Shown here piece by piece: positions 1 to 10,915 of a stretch of DNA of 64,000 nucleotides (the stretch's first letter is position 1; the number at the start of each line of letters is the position of its first letter). Origin of the DNA: an uncultured Methanosarcinaceae archaeon. Its GTDB lineage: Archaea; Halobacteriota; Methanosarcinia; Methanosarcinales; Methanosarcinaceae. The DNA is taken from assembly GCA_963721455.1 (NCBI GenBank), contig CAVRJG010000053.1:160001-224000 (forward strand), written 5' to 3'. Position numbers and translations under genes: made by a program. The notes beneath the pieces were generated by a model that worked only from the letters and a program-made list of their open reading frames with translations, did not search any database and was not told where the DNA came from.

Positions 1-280
1 CGGGAGATTCATCTATGCAATTAGGATTATCGGAGTGATTAAAAAAACGAGCATCATCAAGACATAGAATATATTTATTTGTATCCGAATTAAGATATGC
101 GTATTTCAAAAAACATTCTTTCGTTATCTCCGGCAGTTTAGCAAGTTCATTTTTATCAATTTTAATATCAAATCCAGAGTGAAATTTCCATATTATAGTT
201 CCTTTTGGAATAAATTGATTAGCGAAAAGACCAATACCATTTATCTTACTTGGCCCTATTTTTGTTTTTATTAACAGCAT
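1..280 (-). CDS. SET-domain lysine methyltransferase (3' end outside window; absent from ORF track)
   Basis: Manual translation from ATG at 280: MLLIKTKIGPSKINGIGLFANQFIPKGTIIW...DDARFFNHSDNPNC; has SET motifs GxGLFA and RFxNHSxxPN. Confidence 0.85.
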   Translation of the reverse strand, partial: MLLIKTKIGPSKINGIGLFANQFIPKGTIIWKFHSGFDIKIDKNELAKLPEITKECFLKYAYLNSDTNKYILCLDDARFFNHSDNPNCIDESP

Positions 281-356
281 AAAGAAAGGTGGGAATTAAA
301 ATATTTGAGTATTTCGATAATAATGGTAGTATTTATAAAAACCAAACAATATTTCT

Positions 357-534
357 GGCTCTTCGCTGTTTCGAGTGGGTAATTTACATCAATTTCTAAC
401 TATGGAATTAGCATGCATAAAATTTAAAAACGTTTGTTGTTGAAAATCACAGTCAAGCTCGATGTTTTTCATTTTGGCCGGACAATTGTCTAACTAAGCA
501 ATTATTTTCAACCCATACAAAACAGCGAAGAACC
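357..534. mobile_element. MITE-like element (178 bp)
   Basis: Imperfect ~24-bp terminal inverted repeats GGCTCTTCGCTGTTTCGAGTGGGT / ACCCATACAAAACAGCGAAGAACC; no ORF. Confidence 0.75.
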
Positions 535-914
535 AAAAAGTAAATCTGGTTATTGACGCAAGCAGGGTTTAACCCCATATAAAGTTAAATTGTGTATAAA
601 ATAGAAAAAACAAAAGTAAAGGGAAAAGATTAAAAAAATAAAAATGGAGGTTATAATCAAATATGGAGCCCGTTTTTAAAGGCCTGGAAGACAGGCAAAA
701 AACAACAGATTAAAGCAATGGAGATCAACTAAATTTGCTTTAGCAATTAAATATTGTACCCTGGATTATATAAAAGTATCTATTTTCCCCCATATAAAAT
801 AACTTTTTGAAGATGGGTTTAGAAATGCAGATTATAAAAAAAATAAATGGAACTTGTAAAGAAAAATGTACTCAATTACCTGGAAACTCAAAATCGATTG
901 TAAAAAAGACCAGA

Positions 915-1379
915 TCAATTGTTGAAAAAGGCTGTCAGGTAAGCAAGTACAAAATAACGCCCGAATTTCCCAAGAAAAACCAGAACCGAAAAAGATCTGA
1001 AAGGAAGCTGCATAAGTCCTGCAACCATTGTAATTGCGTCTCCGATCCCTGGTACCCAGGTGAAAAGAAGGGTATAAACCCCGTATTTTTTAAAAAGCCT
1101 TTCACTTTTCTCAAGCTTTTCATGGGAAGGAGAGAGGTATTTCTCAAGCACCGGCCGCCCTTTTAGTCCAAGATAATAAGTTGTACAGGACCCGAGATAA
1201 TTACCTGAGGTCGCCACCATAACAACAGCAAAAGGATTAAAACCCTGGTAGATGAGAGCGACTACCAGCGCTTCGGACCCGAAAGGCAGGACCGTGGAAG
1301 CCAGAAAACTCAGGACAAAGAGGTTCAGGTAACCGTAATTAACAATAAAATAACCCAAAAATTCAAGCATTGTATTCAT
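915..1379 (-). CDS. YqaA/DedA (SNARE-associated) family membrane protein
   Basis: SFLASTVLPFGSE, GNYLGS and WVPGIGD motifs; hydrophobic; start uncertain (1379 or 1418). Confidence 0.85.
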   Translation of the reverse strand: MNTMLEFLGYFIVNYGYLNLFVLSFLASTVLPFGSEALVVALIYQGFNPFAVVMVATSGNYLGSCTTYYLGLKGRPVLEKYLSPSHEKLEKSERLFKKYGVYTLLFTWVPGIGDAITMVAGLMQLPFRSFSVLVFLGKFGRYFVLAYLTAFFNN

Positions 1380-1816
1380 ACCATCGTAATTCAGTATTTT
1401 AAGCTGCATCTCAGGCATTAATTGCCCGGAATTTACGCTTAATTCGTTCTTTACATTCCTGCCAGCTTTACTTTTAATTAACTCTTTTTACATTCCTGCC
1501 CACTATCGTATTTATATTATTTCATTCCTGAGTTAGATGAGCGTGAAAAATGTAAAATTTTACACATAAGCATATAGTTTCCGTGAAATGTTTCTGAAGA
1601 ATAAGATCAGAGCGATCTTAGCTACAAATTCTTGTTAAAGCAAAAAAGGAATCCGATTAAAAAAGGAATCCGATTAAGAAATAAGAGAAAAAAGATTTGA
1701 GAGCCGGAAATCAGGATTGGGATTTCCGGTTCCTGCCACGGCAGAAATACTAAAATCGGGTTCACGTTTTAGTATAAACATTATACAGCTTTCAGTACGA
1801 AAGCCAGAAGTTTCGG

Positions 1817-4420
1817 TTAGTTCCTCCTTTTCCGGAGAACGACAAACGCTGTGGCAAGTATTCCAAGAGTTGCCATCCCGCTGAAGAAAGGAGCTTTTTT
1901 CGTCACCTCATAATTTTTGCTCAGGCCTCCTACCTCAATTTTGTATGTTCCTGCTTTATTTTCAGTATGGGAGAATTCGACCAGCGTACTCTCACCCGTA
2001 TTCAGGCTTATGTTCTTTGAATCAACTGATTCGTTATTAACCAGCAGTTCCACTTTCGATTCTCCTGCAACGTTTCCGCTATTCGTAGCGTCTACCCTGA
2101 CATTTACTGCGGTTCCGGCTTCAACTGAAGCAGGCTGTATCGTGAGGTTCGAGAATGTGAACTGTGCTACCTTTTCAGCCACCTCGATCAGGGTTTTCCC
2201 TTCTTCATAACCTGTTTTTGTAGCATTTACCATATACGTCCCCGGAGCAGTAACCCAGTAAGATGTGATGCCTTCTGCGCTGGTCTGTTGATCAATCTTC
2301 TTTCCGCCGAAAAAGACATCCGCTCCGGAAACAGACTCATTGTTCACGGAGTCAGTAACCTTTATTTTTATCTGGTCTCCTTCCCGGATGGTTTTCGGAG
2401 AGACTGAAAGCTGAAGTTTCAGGACACCCTGTTTTACGACATCAACTTTTTTACTTCCTGAGACGTAACCTGCCTTGCTTGCAGATACAGTAAAGCTTCC
2501 TTCCCTGCCAGGTGTGTAGGTGAGGTTCCCGCCGTCTCCGGTGGTCCCTATGCTCTCATTTCCAAAGGAGACTTCAACGTCCCCGACTGAAACATTTCTC
2601 GCCTTAACCAGGATTTCGGTCTGCTTCCCGGCTACAAGGACATCGGGCATTTCGATATCCAGCTGATCGCCTTTACTGGTTTCGATTTCAACGAAGGGAT
2701 AAAAGCGCAGCACTGAAGCATCGGCTACCCTGAATTTGACTTTGCCCATCAGGTCAACAACGTCACCTTTTGAAAGGGAGATTGAGTCCGTATTTTTCAT
2801 TGTGAGTCCTGAACTGGAAATCGAGCTTATCTCCATTTCACCAAAGGAGTCGCCCTGAGAAACTTTCAGGTAATCTTCCGAAATCTGGAAAATCCCCTCT
2901 ATAAACACGGCATCAGTTTCCCGGGAACGGAAGACAGTACTTACATGGACTGCAATCGCCGGGACAGCTTCAGCCCCCCCGATATCTGTTTCGTAGATAT
3001 AGTCCCCGTTCTGGGGAATTATTCCAGAATCGAGCAGCTTCCCATCCTTATAAAGCTCGAAGAGCACCCTCTCCCCGTTAACATCGACCTCTGCTGCCTT
3101 AAGGGAATAGCCGTTTTCGAGAGCTACGGAAGAGCCTGTAAACAGGGACTTTTTGTTATCGTCGTCAATAAGAACTTTTGAAAGAATGTTATCCGAAAGC
3201 ACACTTATACTTTTTGAGTTCCCAAAAGTGTTTTCAGGATATCCTGCAAAATATTTCTCTGCCATGAAGCCGAGAACTTCATACTTCCCCCAGCCATTAT
3301 GCTCAAATTCAACAAGTGCAGGTTTTGTGGAATAAACGAGCATTTTGTCATCAATAGTCCTGTCATTGAGCTTTTCAATGGCAAGGCTTTCAGTGAAGAC
3401 ATTTTCGTCGATGTTGTAATAGAAACCTTCGAAGTTGAAAGGTGTCCAGACAGAAGTATTAAACTTTTCATCATGGACAGTTCCCCTTAACTCATAGATT
3501 CCGGGTTCTGAGGTCTCGACTATCGGGGCAAAGCGAAGTTCGCTTGCATCAGCCACAATAAAACTGAGTTTACCCATGATATCGACCGTGTCGCCCCTGC
3601 CAAGAGAGATGGAATCGCTATTTCTCATCCTTATGCCTGAGCTTGAAATGGAACTTACTTCCATTTCTCCAAATTCGTCTCCATTTTTAATTTCCAGGTA
3701 CTTATCCGAAATCTGGAAAATCCCTTCCACAAAAACGGCGTTGGTCTCTCTGCCACTGAAGATCTGGGCGAAATGGACTGCAATTATGGGCACATCTTCT
3801 GCACTCCCGAGTCCGGTTTTATACACATAATCGCTGTTAGAAGACAGGAAAGCATCATCTACTATATTGCCGTCCTTTTTAAGCTGCACCCAGACGGTAT
3901 TTCCGTTAATATCAACTTCAACGATATTCAGGGAATATCCTTCTTCAAGAATGAGGGACGAACCCGTGTACAGGGATTTCTTTTCGTCGGTATCTGTCAA
4001 CACCTTTGAAAGCTGCCCCTCAGAAATAACGCTGATATTTTTATTTGCAAATCCGGAGTTTCCCGTATACCCTGCAAAGTAGCGCTCTGCCATAAACCCT
4101 ATAATCTGGTATGAACCCCAATCGCCGCGTTCAAAATCGGTTTGTATGGGTTTTGTTTCATACTGCAGGTTCTTCTCTTCAATTGTCCGGCTGCCCGCAG
4201 TAAGCTGAACTTTCATGTTCTCTGAGCCTTCTCCGGTATCCAGATCATAATAAAAGCCCGAATACGTTTGAGGCGTCCAGATGTAAGTAAAGTTCTGGTT
4301 TGCATTTTCATCCCAGATGCGGTTGCCTGTTGAATTTGAAGCCTGGGCTGCCGCAGTTACGCAAAGCAAACCGAGCACAATAAATAGAGATAAAATCTTC
4401 ATGTAACTTTTAATCCCCAA
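1817..4420 (-). CDS. S-layer domain protein (two DUF1608-type repeats, Ig/CARDB-like region, C-terminal PGF-CTERM-like anchor)
   Basis: Signal peptide; duplicated WTPxxxxGFYYxxD...GFMAExYFAGY domain; C-terminal PFF-hydrophobic-RKRRN; GGAGG upstream of TTG at 4420. Confidence 0.88.
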   Translation of the reverse strand: MGIKSYMKILSLFIVLGLLCVTAAAQASNSTGNRIWDENANQNFTYIWTPQTYSGFYYDLDTGEGSENMKVQLTAGSRTIEEKNLQYETKPIQTDFERGDWGSYQIIGFMAERYFAGYTGNSGFANKNISVISEGQLSKVLTDTDEKKSLYTGSSLILEEGYSLNIVEVDINGNTVWVQLKKDGNIVDDAFLSSNSDYVYKTGLGSAEDVPIIAVHFAQIFSGRETNAVFVEGIFQISDKYLEIKNGDEFGEMEVSSISSSGIRMRNSDSISLGRGDTVDIMGKLSFIVADASELRFAPIVETSEPGIYELRGTVHDEKFNTSVWTPFNFEGFYYNIDENVFTESLAIEKLNDRTIDDKMLVYSTKPALVEFEHNGWGKYEVLGFMAEKYFAGYPENTFGNSKSISVLSDNILSKVLIDDDNKKSLFTGSSVALENGYSLKAAEVDVNGERVLFELYKDGKLLDSGIIPQNGDYIYETDIGGAEAVPAIAVHVSTVFRSRETDAVFIEGIFQISEDYLKVSQGDSFGEMEISSISSSGLTMKNTDSISLSKGDVVDLMGKVKFRVADASVLRFYPFVEIETSKGDQLDIEMPDVLVAGKQTEILVKARNVSVGDVEVSFGNESIGTTGDGGNLTYTPGREGSFTVSASKAGYVSGSKKVDVVKQGVLKLQLSVSPKTIREGDQIKIKVTDSVNNESVSGADVFFGGKKIDQQTSAEGITSYWVTAPGTYMVNATKTGYEEGKTLIEVAEKVAQFTFSNLTIQPASVEAGTAVNVRVDATNSGNVAGESKVELLVNNESVDSKNISLNTGESTLVEFSHTENKAGTYKIEVGGLSKNYEVTKKAPFFSGMATLGILATAFVVLRKRRN

Positions 4421-5008
4421 ATTAAACCTCCTTTTAAACTTTATGACGCGGGAGTGCAATCTTCAGGCTTCCGAAAAGAAAAATAGAAACAAAAATAGTT
4501 TCCCGAACATCCGAAATATGTCCTGAACCCGAATACCCCCGTTTACCTGCAGATATTAAAGGTATTCAACTATATTCGTTTTCTAATATCTCAGGCATCA
4601 AATAAAAAATTTTTGGATATTGAATAAAAAAGTTTTCCGGGTGATTCCGGGAATAGAGAAATTAAAAACAGTGAAAAAGGAATTATATACCTTAAAAACT
4701 GAAAAAAGGCTTTTAGAAGCTTTTTGTAGAACATAAACCGATGAACATGTAGCGGTTGTCAGGATGACAATCCAGTACAACCAGACAAACATTTTTATCA
4801 CAACCGGCTTTTGGTAGATTTGAGATAAAGGTCGGAAATAAATTTACGGAAAACTCCTTTTCCTTGATAGGCATACTTGAGACCCACAAATTATAAGTTT
4901 GAAGAGACAACTTCTGACGTTTATAACCAGGAATACTAACTGGAATTACCAAGAATTACCGTAATCGAGATCTATTCTGCAGAGTAAAAATATGGAGCAG
5001 CCCCTGGC

Positions 5009-6373
5009 ATGGAAACGTATACAGGCATTCCCGAAGATTTAAAGCTTGAAGTCCTTGAGAGAATAAAACCCACTGAACCCGAAAGAGAAAAACTCCTGGA
5101 GATTCAGGAAGAACTCGCCTCAGAGGTAAAAGCAGCAGCAGAAAAACTTGGCGTATCAGGCGTGCTTGTAAAAATGGTAGGTTCCGCTGCCAGAGGCACC
5201 TGGCTTTCAGGCACCCACGACATTGACACCTTTATAAGCTTCCCGGAAGAGACGCCCAGAAAGGAACTGGAAACCCTGGGCATGGCAATTGCCAGGGAAG
5301 TGGCAAGGCTTGCGGAACATGCCGAAGACCGCCATGCTGAACACCCCTACCTCAATATTGTATTCAAAGGCTTTGACGTGGACCTTGTCCCGTGTTTCAG
5401 GGTTGCTTCAGCTTCACATATCAAATCCGCAGTTGACAGGACCCCGTTTCACAACGATTTTGTCAAACCCCGCATAAAAGGGTGCGAAGATGAGGTACTG
5501 CTTCTGAAGCAGTTTATGCGCGGATGCGGAGTCTACGGCTCGGAATTGAGGACTCAGGGCTTTTCAGGCTACCTGACCGAACTCCTGATTATTCACTACG
5601 GTTCCTTCGAAAAGACAGTCCGTGCAGCCCGCTCCTGGAAGCCTGGAGAGAAAATAGATATTATGCAGCATTCGGAAATAGAGCACGAAGAGCCCCTGGT
5701 CACGGTGGACCCGACCGATCCCAGGCGGAACGTTGCAGCAGCCCTTTCCCTTGACAAATTCTGCATGTTTATAGACCACTGCCGGGAATTTCTGAAAAGC
5801 CCGGAACTCAGATTCTTTTTCCCTGCATCCCTCCTGCCCCTCCGGGACAGAGAAATCCTGGAAAAGCTTGAAAGCAGAAAAAGCGCACAGTTTGCAATCG
5901 TCTTCAAAACCCCGGATGTAGTCGAAGATGTGCTCTACCCGCAGCTGTATAAGATGGAGCAGGCGGTAGCTGCCCTTTTAAGTGAATATAATTTTTCGGT
6001 GATTAAAACCGGGGTCTGGTCAGGGAAAATCGAGACCGTAATTATGCTGGAACTGATCTCAGGTACCCTTCCCAACGTCAAAAAACATATTGGCCCCCCT
6101 GTCTGGGTCAGGACACATGCCGAGAAGTTCAAGGAGAAATATGAAGGGGCAGACGGCGTTTTCGGAGGTTATATCGAAAACGGAAAATATGTCTTTGAAA
6201 TCAGGCGCAAATATCCCACCGCAAAAGGGCTTCTCGAAAACCAGCTTATGAGCTGCTCCCTTGGAAAACAAGTACATCAGAGCGTGAATGAGGGCTTTGA
6301 GCTTATAGAAAATGCCGGGATTTGCAGGTTAAAAGATCCTGATTTCAGGGTTTTCTTGAGGAAATGGATGTAA
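5009..6373 (+). CDS. cca: CCA-adding enzyme (class I tRNA nucleotidyltransferase)
   Basis: GSAARGTWLSGTHDIDTF, HAEHPY, SAVDRTPFH, GFSGYLTELL motifs. Confidence 0.96.
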   Translation: METYTGIPEDLKLEVLERIKPTEPEREKLLEIQEELASEVKAAAEKLGVSGVLVKMVGSAARGTWLSGTHDIDTFISFPEETPRKELETLGMAIAREVARLAEHAEDRHAEHPYLNIVFKGFDVDLVPCFRVASASHIKSAVDRTPFHNDFVKPRIKGCEDEVLLLKQFMRGCGVYGSELRTQGFSGYLTELLIIHYGSFEKTVRAARSWKPGEKIDIMQHSEIEHEEPLVTVDPTDPRRNVAAALSLDKFCMFIDHCREFLKSPELRFFFPASLLPLRDREILEKLESRKSAQFAIVFKTPDVVEDVLYPQLYKMEQAVAALLSEYNFSVIKTGVWSGKIETVIMLELISGTLPNVKKHIGPPVWVRTHAEKFKEKYEGADGVFGGYIENGKYVFEIRRKYPTAKGLLENQLMSCSLGKQVHQSVNEGFELIENAGICRLKDPDFRVFLRKWM

Positions 6374-6581
6374 GAGAGATTACTGTAGAATAAGCTCATT
6401 CACCTCATATGAACCTGTTTTTTAATTTTAGCTGTGTATAAAGATTAAAACGTACACAGCGCAGAAATTTGGACTTATAACTTTTCGCTGGATCGTTCAG
6501 AGATAGACCCCGATAAGATAGTTCATGAAAATGGTAGGTGTATTGCCTTACGAATAAGTGAGTGAGAACAATGTGTCCAAC

Positions 6582-6633
6582 ACGGCACGCCGGAATCTTT
6601 GTATGCGGGGTAGGGTTTGAGGTCGTGGATCAT
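6582..6633 (-). pseudogene. hsdS: 5' fragment of type I R-M specificity subunit HsdS
   Basis: ATG overlapping the upstream stop (ATGA) reads MIHDLKPYPAYKDSGVP, a typical HsdS N-terminus, then similarity ends. Confidence 0.7.
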
Positions 6634-7500
6634 GTATCCACCTCCGCATCCTGAATGGACTTTAGCGTACGTCCGTCAGCGGTTTTCCACTCGGTACGGC
6701 CGTTTGCCGCTCTTCCGAGAACCACGCCAGCTGCCGTCGAAGGGGAATTAAAGGTATAGTCCTGTGTCATTTCATAGTAATGGCCGTTGTCAACAAAGAC
6801 ACCCTGCTCAACCAGTGAACGGCGCATGTCACTCAGGTAGGCATGAATTGATTTTGTTTCACTTTTAACTGCTTGCGAACCTGTTCGCACGACAAAACCT
6901 GTGGTTGCCTCGTACCCTTTGCTCTTTATACCCTTGGCGTTCAATGTGAATTCGAGAGTGGTTTGTGTGGGTGCAGGGGCTGCTTCAAAAAATCCATATC
7001 CCAGCACTGGCAAGGCAGAGCAGGATATCTGCAAGAAAACCTTCAGCTTCAGCTATATCTGCTTCTGACAGGGAAGGCGGTTGTGGAGTGTTGGCATTGT
7101 CGAGCACACATCTTTTTGCAGTTTTTGCCAGGTCGATAAGTCGGTATTCAAGAAACTGGATGTGAGCCTTATTCAGGTTTTGATCCTTGCTTGTGAAACC
7201 AGCTGCCTGAGTCCAGAAATCTTTATTTTTCGCGTGCTGATCCAGCCTCGGGCCAATTGGATCGCCTTCTCCCACATACACGCGGGGAAGCTGAGACTTT
7301 TCATCTGGTCCGACCAGAATATACACCCCCGTACTTCCCAGCTCAGCACGTGAACGGGTCTCAGCAAATAGTGATCTTGGAATCACAAGCCCTCTGCCAG
7401 TCCAGTTAGACTTCTCCACAGTCTTGACGCCGTCCGGATCTCCGCCTGGGAGAAATAGGCGCACCGAGAAGGCCCTGGGTCTTTCCCTGTTATTGATCAT
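6630..7500 (-). pseudogene. GIY-YIG nuclease plus DUF4357 domain protein, frameshifted at ~7012
   Basis: GVYILVG...VYVGE in 6985-7500 and SPSTAAGVVLGRAANGRTEWK in 6630-7034; removing one base joins ...LLCL|PVLGYGFF. Confidence 0.8.
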
Positions 7501-8550
7501 CGTATGTCCTCCAGCCTGGCCCGTGCGGTCTTGATGGCGCGGTGCAGCCTTTCAGCCAGCAGTTCGCGGGGCGGCAGTTCTGTCAGATATTCAGCCACAT
7601 GGATTCCTGAACGGTTCAGTTCCAGTAGCTCGATTTGTTCCTGTTTCTTTCCGGCGCAGAGGATGATCCCGAGAGGAGATTCTTCCCCTGGCTGTCTCTC
7701 ATATTTGTCCAGCCAGCGCAGATAGAGCTCCATCTGGCCTTTGTATTCGGCCTTGAAATTTCCAAGCTTCAGATCGATAGCAATCAGCCTGTGCAGGGAG
7801 CGGTGATCGAAAAGAAGGTCAATATAAAAATCGTCATCATCAATCTGGATGCGCCGCTGTCTGGCTACAAAGGCAAATCCTGCACCAAGTTCCAGCAAAA
7901 AAGCTTCCAGTTCGCGCAGAATGGCGTCTTCCAGATCCTTTTCCAGATAACGGTCTTTCAAGCCAAGGAAATCGAGGACGTAGGGATCGCGGAAAACCAG
8001 TTCCGGACTCAATCTGTCCTGCTCGCGCAGGGTGGCAAGTTCGTGTTGAATTACCTCTTCCGGCTTACGAGAAATGGCTGTCCTCTCATACAGCATAGAA
8101 TCAATGCGTTCTTGAAGTATACGGGTGCTCCAGCGTTCGATTCGGCACATCTCGGTATAGAACTCGCGTTTGAGCGGATCTTCGATAGGGATAAGCACCC
8201 TGAAATGAGTCCAGCTTAATTGTCGCCGCACTGAGGCGACAATTTTCTCATCCGGGAAAGCCTCTGCGAACTGAATCATCCGGCGCAGGTTTTTCCTCGA
8301 AACCCCTACCAAACTCTTTTGCCAATTCTCGCCCCAGCGAGGCGACAATTTCCTGCCCATATTCTGCCCTTTCTCCTCTCAGAATTTCTTCATGGATGCG
8401 CTTACCAATATTCCAGTAGAGCATCGTCAGCCCGGCGTTAAAGGCAGTCGCCACCGCCGAACGAGTTTCTTCGATCATTTGACGAACATCGTTCACCAGC
8501 AGAGAGCTATTTAAAGCCTGCCCAATTTCCTGCTTGTCCTTGCGGATCAT
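7497..8550 (-). pseudogene. YhcG/DUF1016 PD-(D/E)XK nuclease family protein, frameshifted at ~8292
   Basis: LYWNIGKRI, LSWTHF, DPYVLDFL, YIDLLF, YKGQMELYL motifs split over two overlapping frames. Confidence 0.85.
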
Positions 8551-9161
8551 TGCTCTGTCCCTCCAGAGCAGCATACCTGCATCAGTTCCGCACCAAACCG
8601 CCAGTGGTCTCGCGTATTGTCTTGGTTAAGAGCTATTGCCGCAACGCCAATCTTTTCGAGTGCCGAAACTTTGCTCAAGTGCTTTGAGATCTTCTTGCCA
8701 TGAACAACTAAGACAAGAATCCGTTTCCAATTTTCAAGTTCACCATTGCTAGCTGCCACTACGATTTGGCCAACGGCTTTGTAAAGCTTCTGTTCCGGTT
8801 GGCAAGAAGATTCCCCTTCTACTTCAGCGATAATGTAGAGCCTTTTTTCTGAGTTGAATGCTACAATATCACGATCACCTTCAATTATCGGAAAATTATG
8901 TGAATAATACCAGTTTTCTCGACTGCCACCTATGGTCACACCAAGTTTCATGAATTCCTTTCGTACACTTGAAGCGTCCTCTACCATCTGGTGCTGGCGT
9001 TCCTGGGCCTCTGGATTTACGCGATTTCCTCCAGTGCGGCCTTCTTCTGATGGGTCAATATCCACAAAAACCGTCCACCCTTTATCAGGGGAGCAGTAGC
9101 GACGTATAAACTCAAGCTTGACCCTGGGCTGAAACATCACAAACGACTCCTGGTTAACCAT
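8547..9161 (-). CDS. Hypothetical protein, probable restriction-endonuclease-like (PD-(D/E)XK) fold
   Basis: DRDIVA...IIAEVEG...YKAVGQIV pattern; translationally coupled to the YhcG gene. Confidence 0.5.
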   Translation of the reverse strand: MVNQESFVMFQPRVKLEFIRRYCSPDKGWTVFVDIDPSEEGRTGGNRVNPEAQERQHQMVEDASSVRKEFMKLGVTIGGSRENWYYSHNFPIIEGDRDIVAFNSEKRLYIIAEVEGESSCQPEQKLYKAVGQIVVAASNGELENWKRILVLVVHGKKISKHLSKVSALEKIGVAAIALNQDNTRDHWRFGAELMQVCCSGGTEQ

Positions 9162-9343
9162 TCGTTTTCTTCAATGGAGGATATAGTGAAATGGTAGATA
9201 CTCATGTTTTAGCCTCAATTTTTCCAGAATCTGTTTCACATCTTTTTCCCGTTAATCGGTTTAAATGAAATACCAAACCTTCTCCATAATTTTGAGGTAC
9301 TTCCCCGCTGAATCCATAACTACCGCTCACTTCCTTATTTTCA

Positions 9344-9805
9344 TTAAAAGCAGATGATTGAGGGGTCAAGAAACTTTTCGATTAGCTTACCGATCGCGTC
9401 GGCCTTGGAAAGACGTGGGATCTGGTTTCGGAATTCAAAATTGTCAAGAATATCCTGGACATTAGGGGAAAAGCCGTCGAGATAAGCTTCGAAGTCGGCT
9501 TTGAGCTGCTGCTGACTTGAACGGGAACGCAGGTCTCGTAGGGTGAACTTGGAAGTGTTATAGAAAGCCTGACCTGCAGCCTCGCGTAAAGCCTGATCCT
9601 GGTTTGTTATGTCTGCCCTGTCGAGAGTTGTCTTCATATCGAGAACAGCCTGTTTTGTAGGTTCAAGTACTACGTCCAATCGTCTCAGGACAGTCATCGG
9701 CAGGATTACGTCACGGTACTTGCCACGAACGTAGAGGTCGCGGAGTATGTCGTCTGCGATTCCCCAGATGAAGTTAATGATCCAGTTTAAGTTATTTTCA
9801 CTCAT
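9344..9805 (-). pseudogene. hsdM: Truncated type I R-M methyltransferase HsdM (N-terminal domain only)
   Basis: NFIWGIADDILRDLYVRGKYRDVILPMTVLRRLD; stops at 153 aa before the MTase motifs. Confidence 0.85.
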
Positions 9806-10071
9806 TTTGTAGCCTTGAAGTGTATGCTCAATCTATATTTTCAATGAGAATTTAGTTTAACCTTTGATCTTACTGTTTGAGGATTTCTATTCAGGTATAT
9901 CTAATAACCGTTTTAACTCTTGCTTTATTTTGCTGGTCGTATCCCATTAACTGGCTGAGATTTCGTCTTTGAATACTCTTACTCAGATGTGTCTGCTTTC
10001 TAAGATTACCTGTGTACACGAAATTGAAGCGTATACTAAGGAAGAACTTAAAAAATCACTAAAAACAGAAA

Positions 10072-10915
10072 TTAATAAAGAGGAACAAAACCTTCAATCC
10101 TTTTCTGATAAAACAGATACTCCTGGGCATACCCGCAATAGGGCCCGAAATATTCCCTTCCCCAGTCTCCCATACAGCTCATGTTTGTGCAGGTTTCAAA
10201 GTAACTGTCATCTATGTGGTAATGCTGGATGATCTGCCTGATGTGGGTATCTACGGGAAAGGCTTCCATTTTCTCGAAAGCGAAAAGGAGAACGCAGTCA
10301 GCAACTTTTTCCCCTATGCCGCGAATCCTCATGAGGCGTTCCCTGGCATACCTGTATTCCAGGCGGAAAAGGACGTCAAGAGCCAGCTCTCCTGAAGCCA
10401 CTTCTCTGGCTGCTTCTTTTATGCGTTCGGTTCTGAAGCCCATCTTGCATTTATCAAGCATTGGAAGGTCGGCATTTGCAAGGGTTTCAGGGTCCGGGAA
10501 ACTGAAATATCCTTCTTCGAGTTCCTGCCCGAAAATCTGGCTGAGAAGGTAGATCCTTTTCTGGATCGTAGGGATGCTTGAAGCCGTTGCGAGCATATAA
10601 GAAATCAGGCATTCCCAGGGGTCCTGCCTTATCAACCGCAAGCCCCTGTATTTACTGATCGCCCTGTCTATCAGAAGGTCCCTGTTTATGCTTTCATAGA
10701 TTGAAGGCAGGTCGTCGTCCAGGCGGAAATAACGAGAAAAAAACTCAGGCAGGAAGTTTCGAATCTATCATTAATTCTCCGCTGTCCTGCGAGAGCCGGA
10801 TAACCTGGTCTCCGACAACTCCTGTCCACCAGTCTCCATCTTTTGCCCAGCGGAATACCTGCCCGCAGTCGAGAGTATAATTAAGGTCAAAAAGTTCGGG
10901 TTTAAGCCTGTACAT
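10072..10915 (-). CDS. ogg: 8-oxoguanine DNA glycosylase/AP lyase (HhH-GPD), frameshift at ~10750
   Basis: Manual N-terminus MYRLKPELFDLNYTLDCGQVFRW from ATG 10915; C-terminal RGIGEKVADCVLLF, FPVDTH; one extra base near 10750. Confidence 0.85.

Noticed and set aside
1643-1677. 17-bp direct duplication AAAAAAGGAATCCGATT
   Set aside because: Two-unit slippage in a terminator region; no further structure
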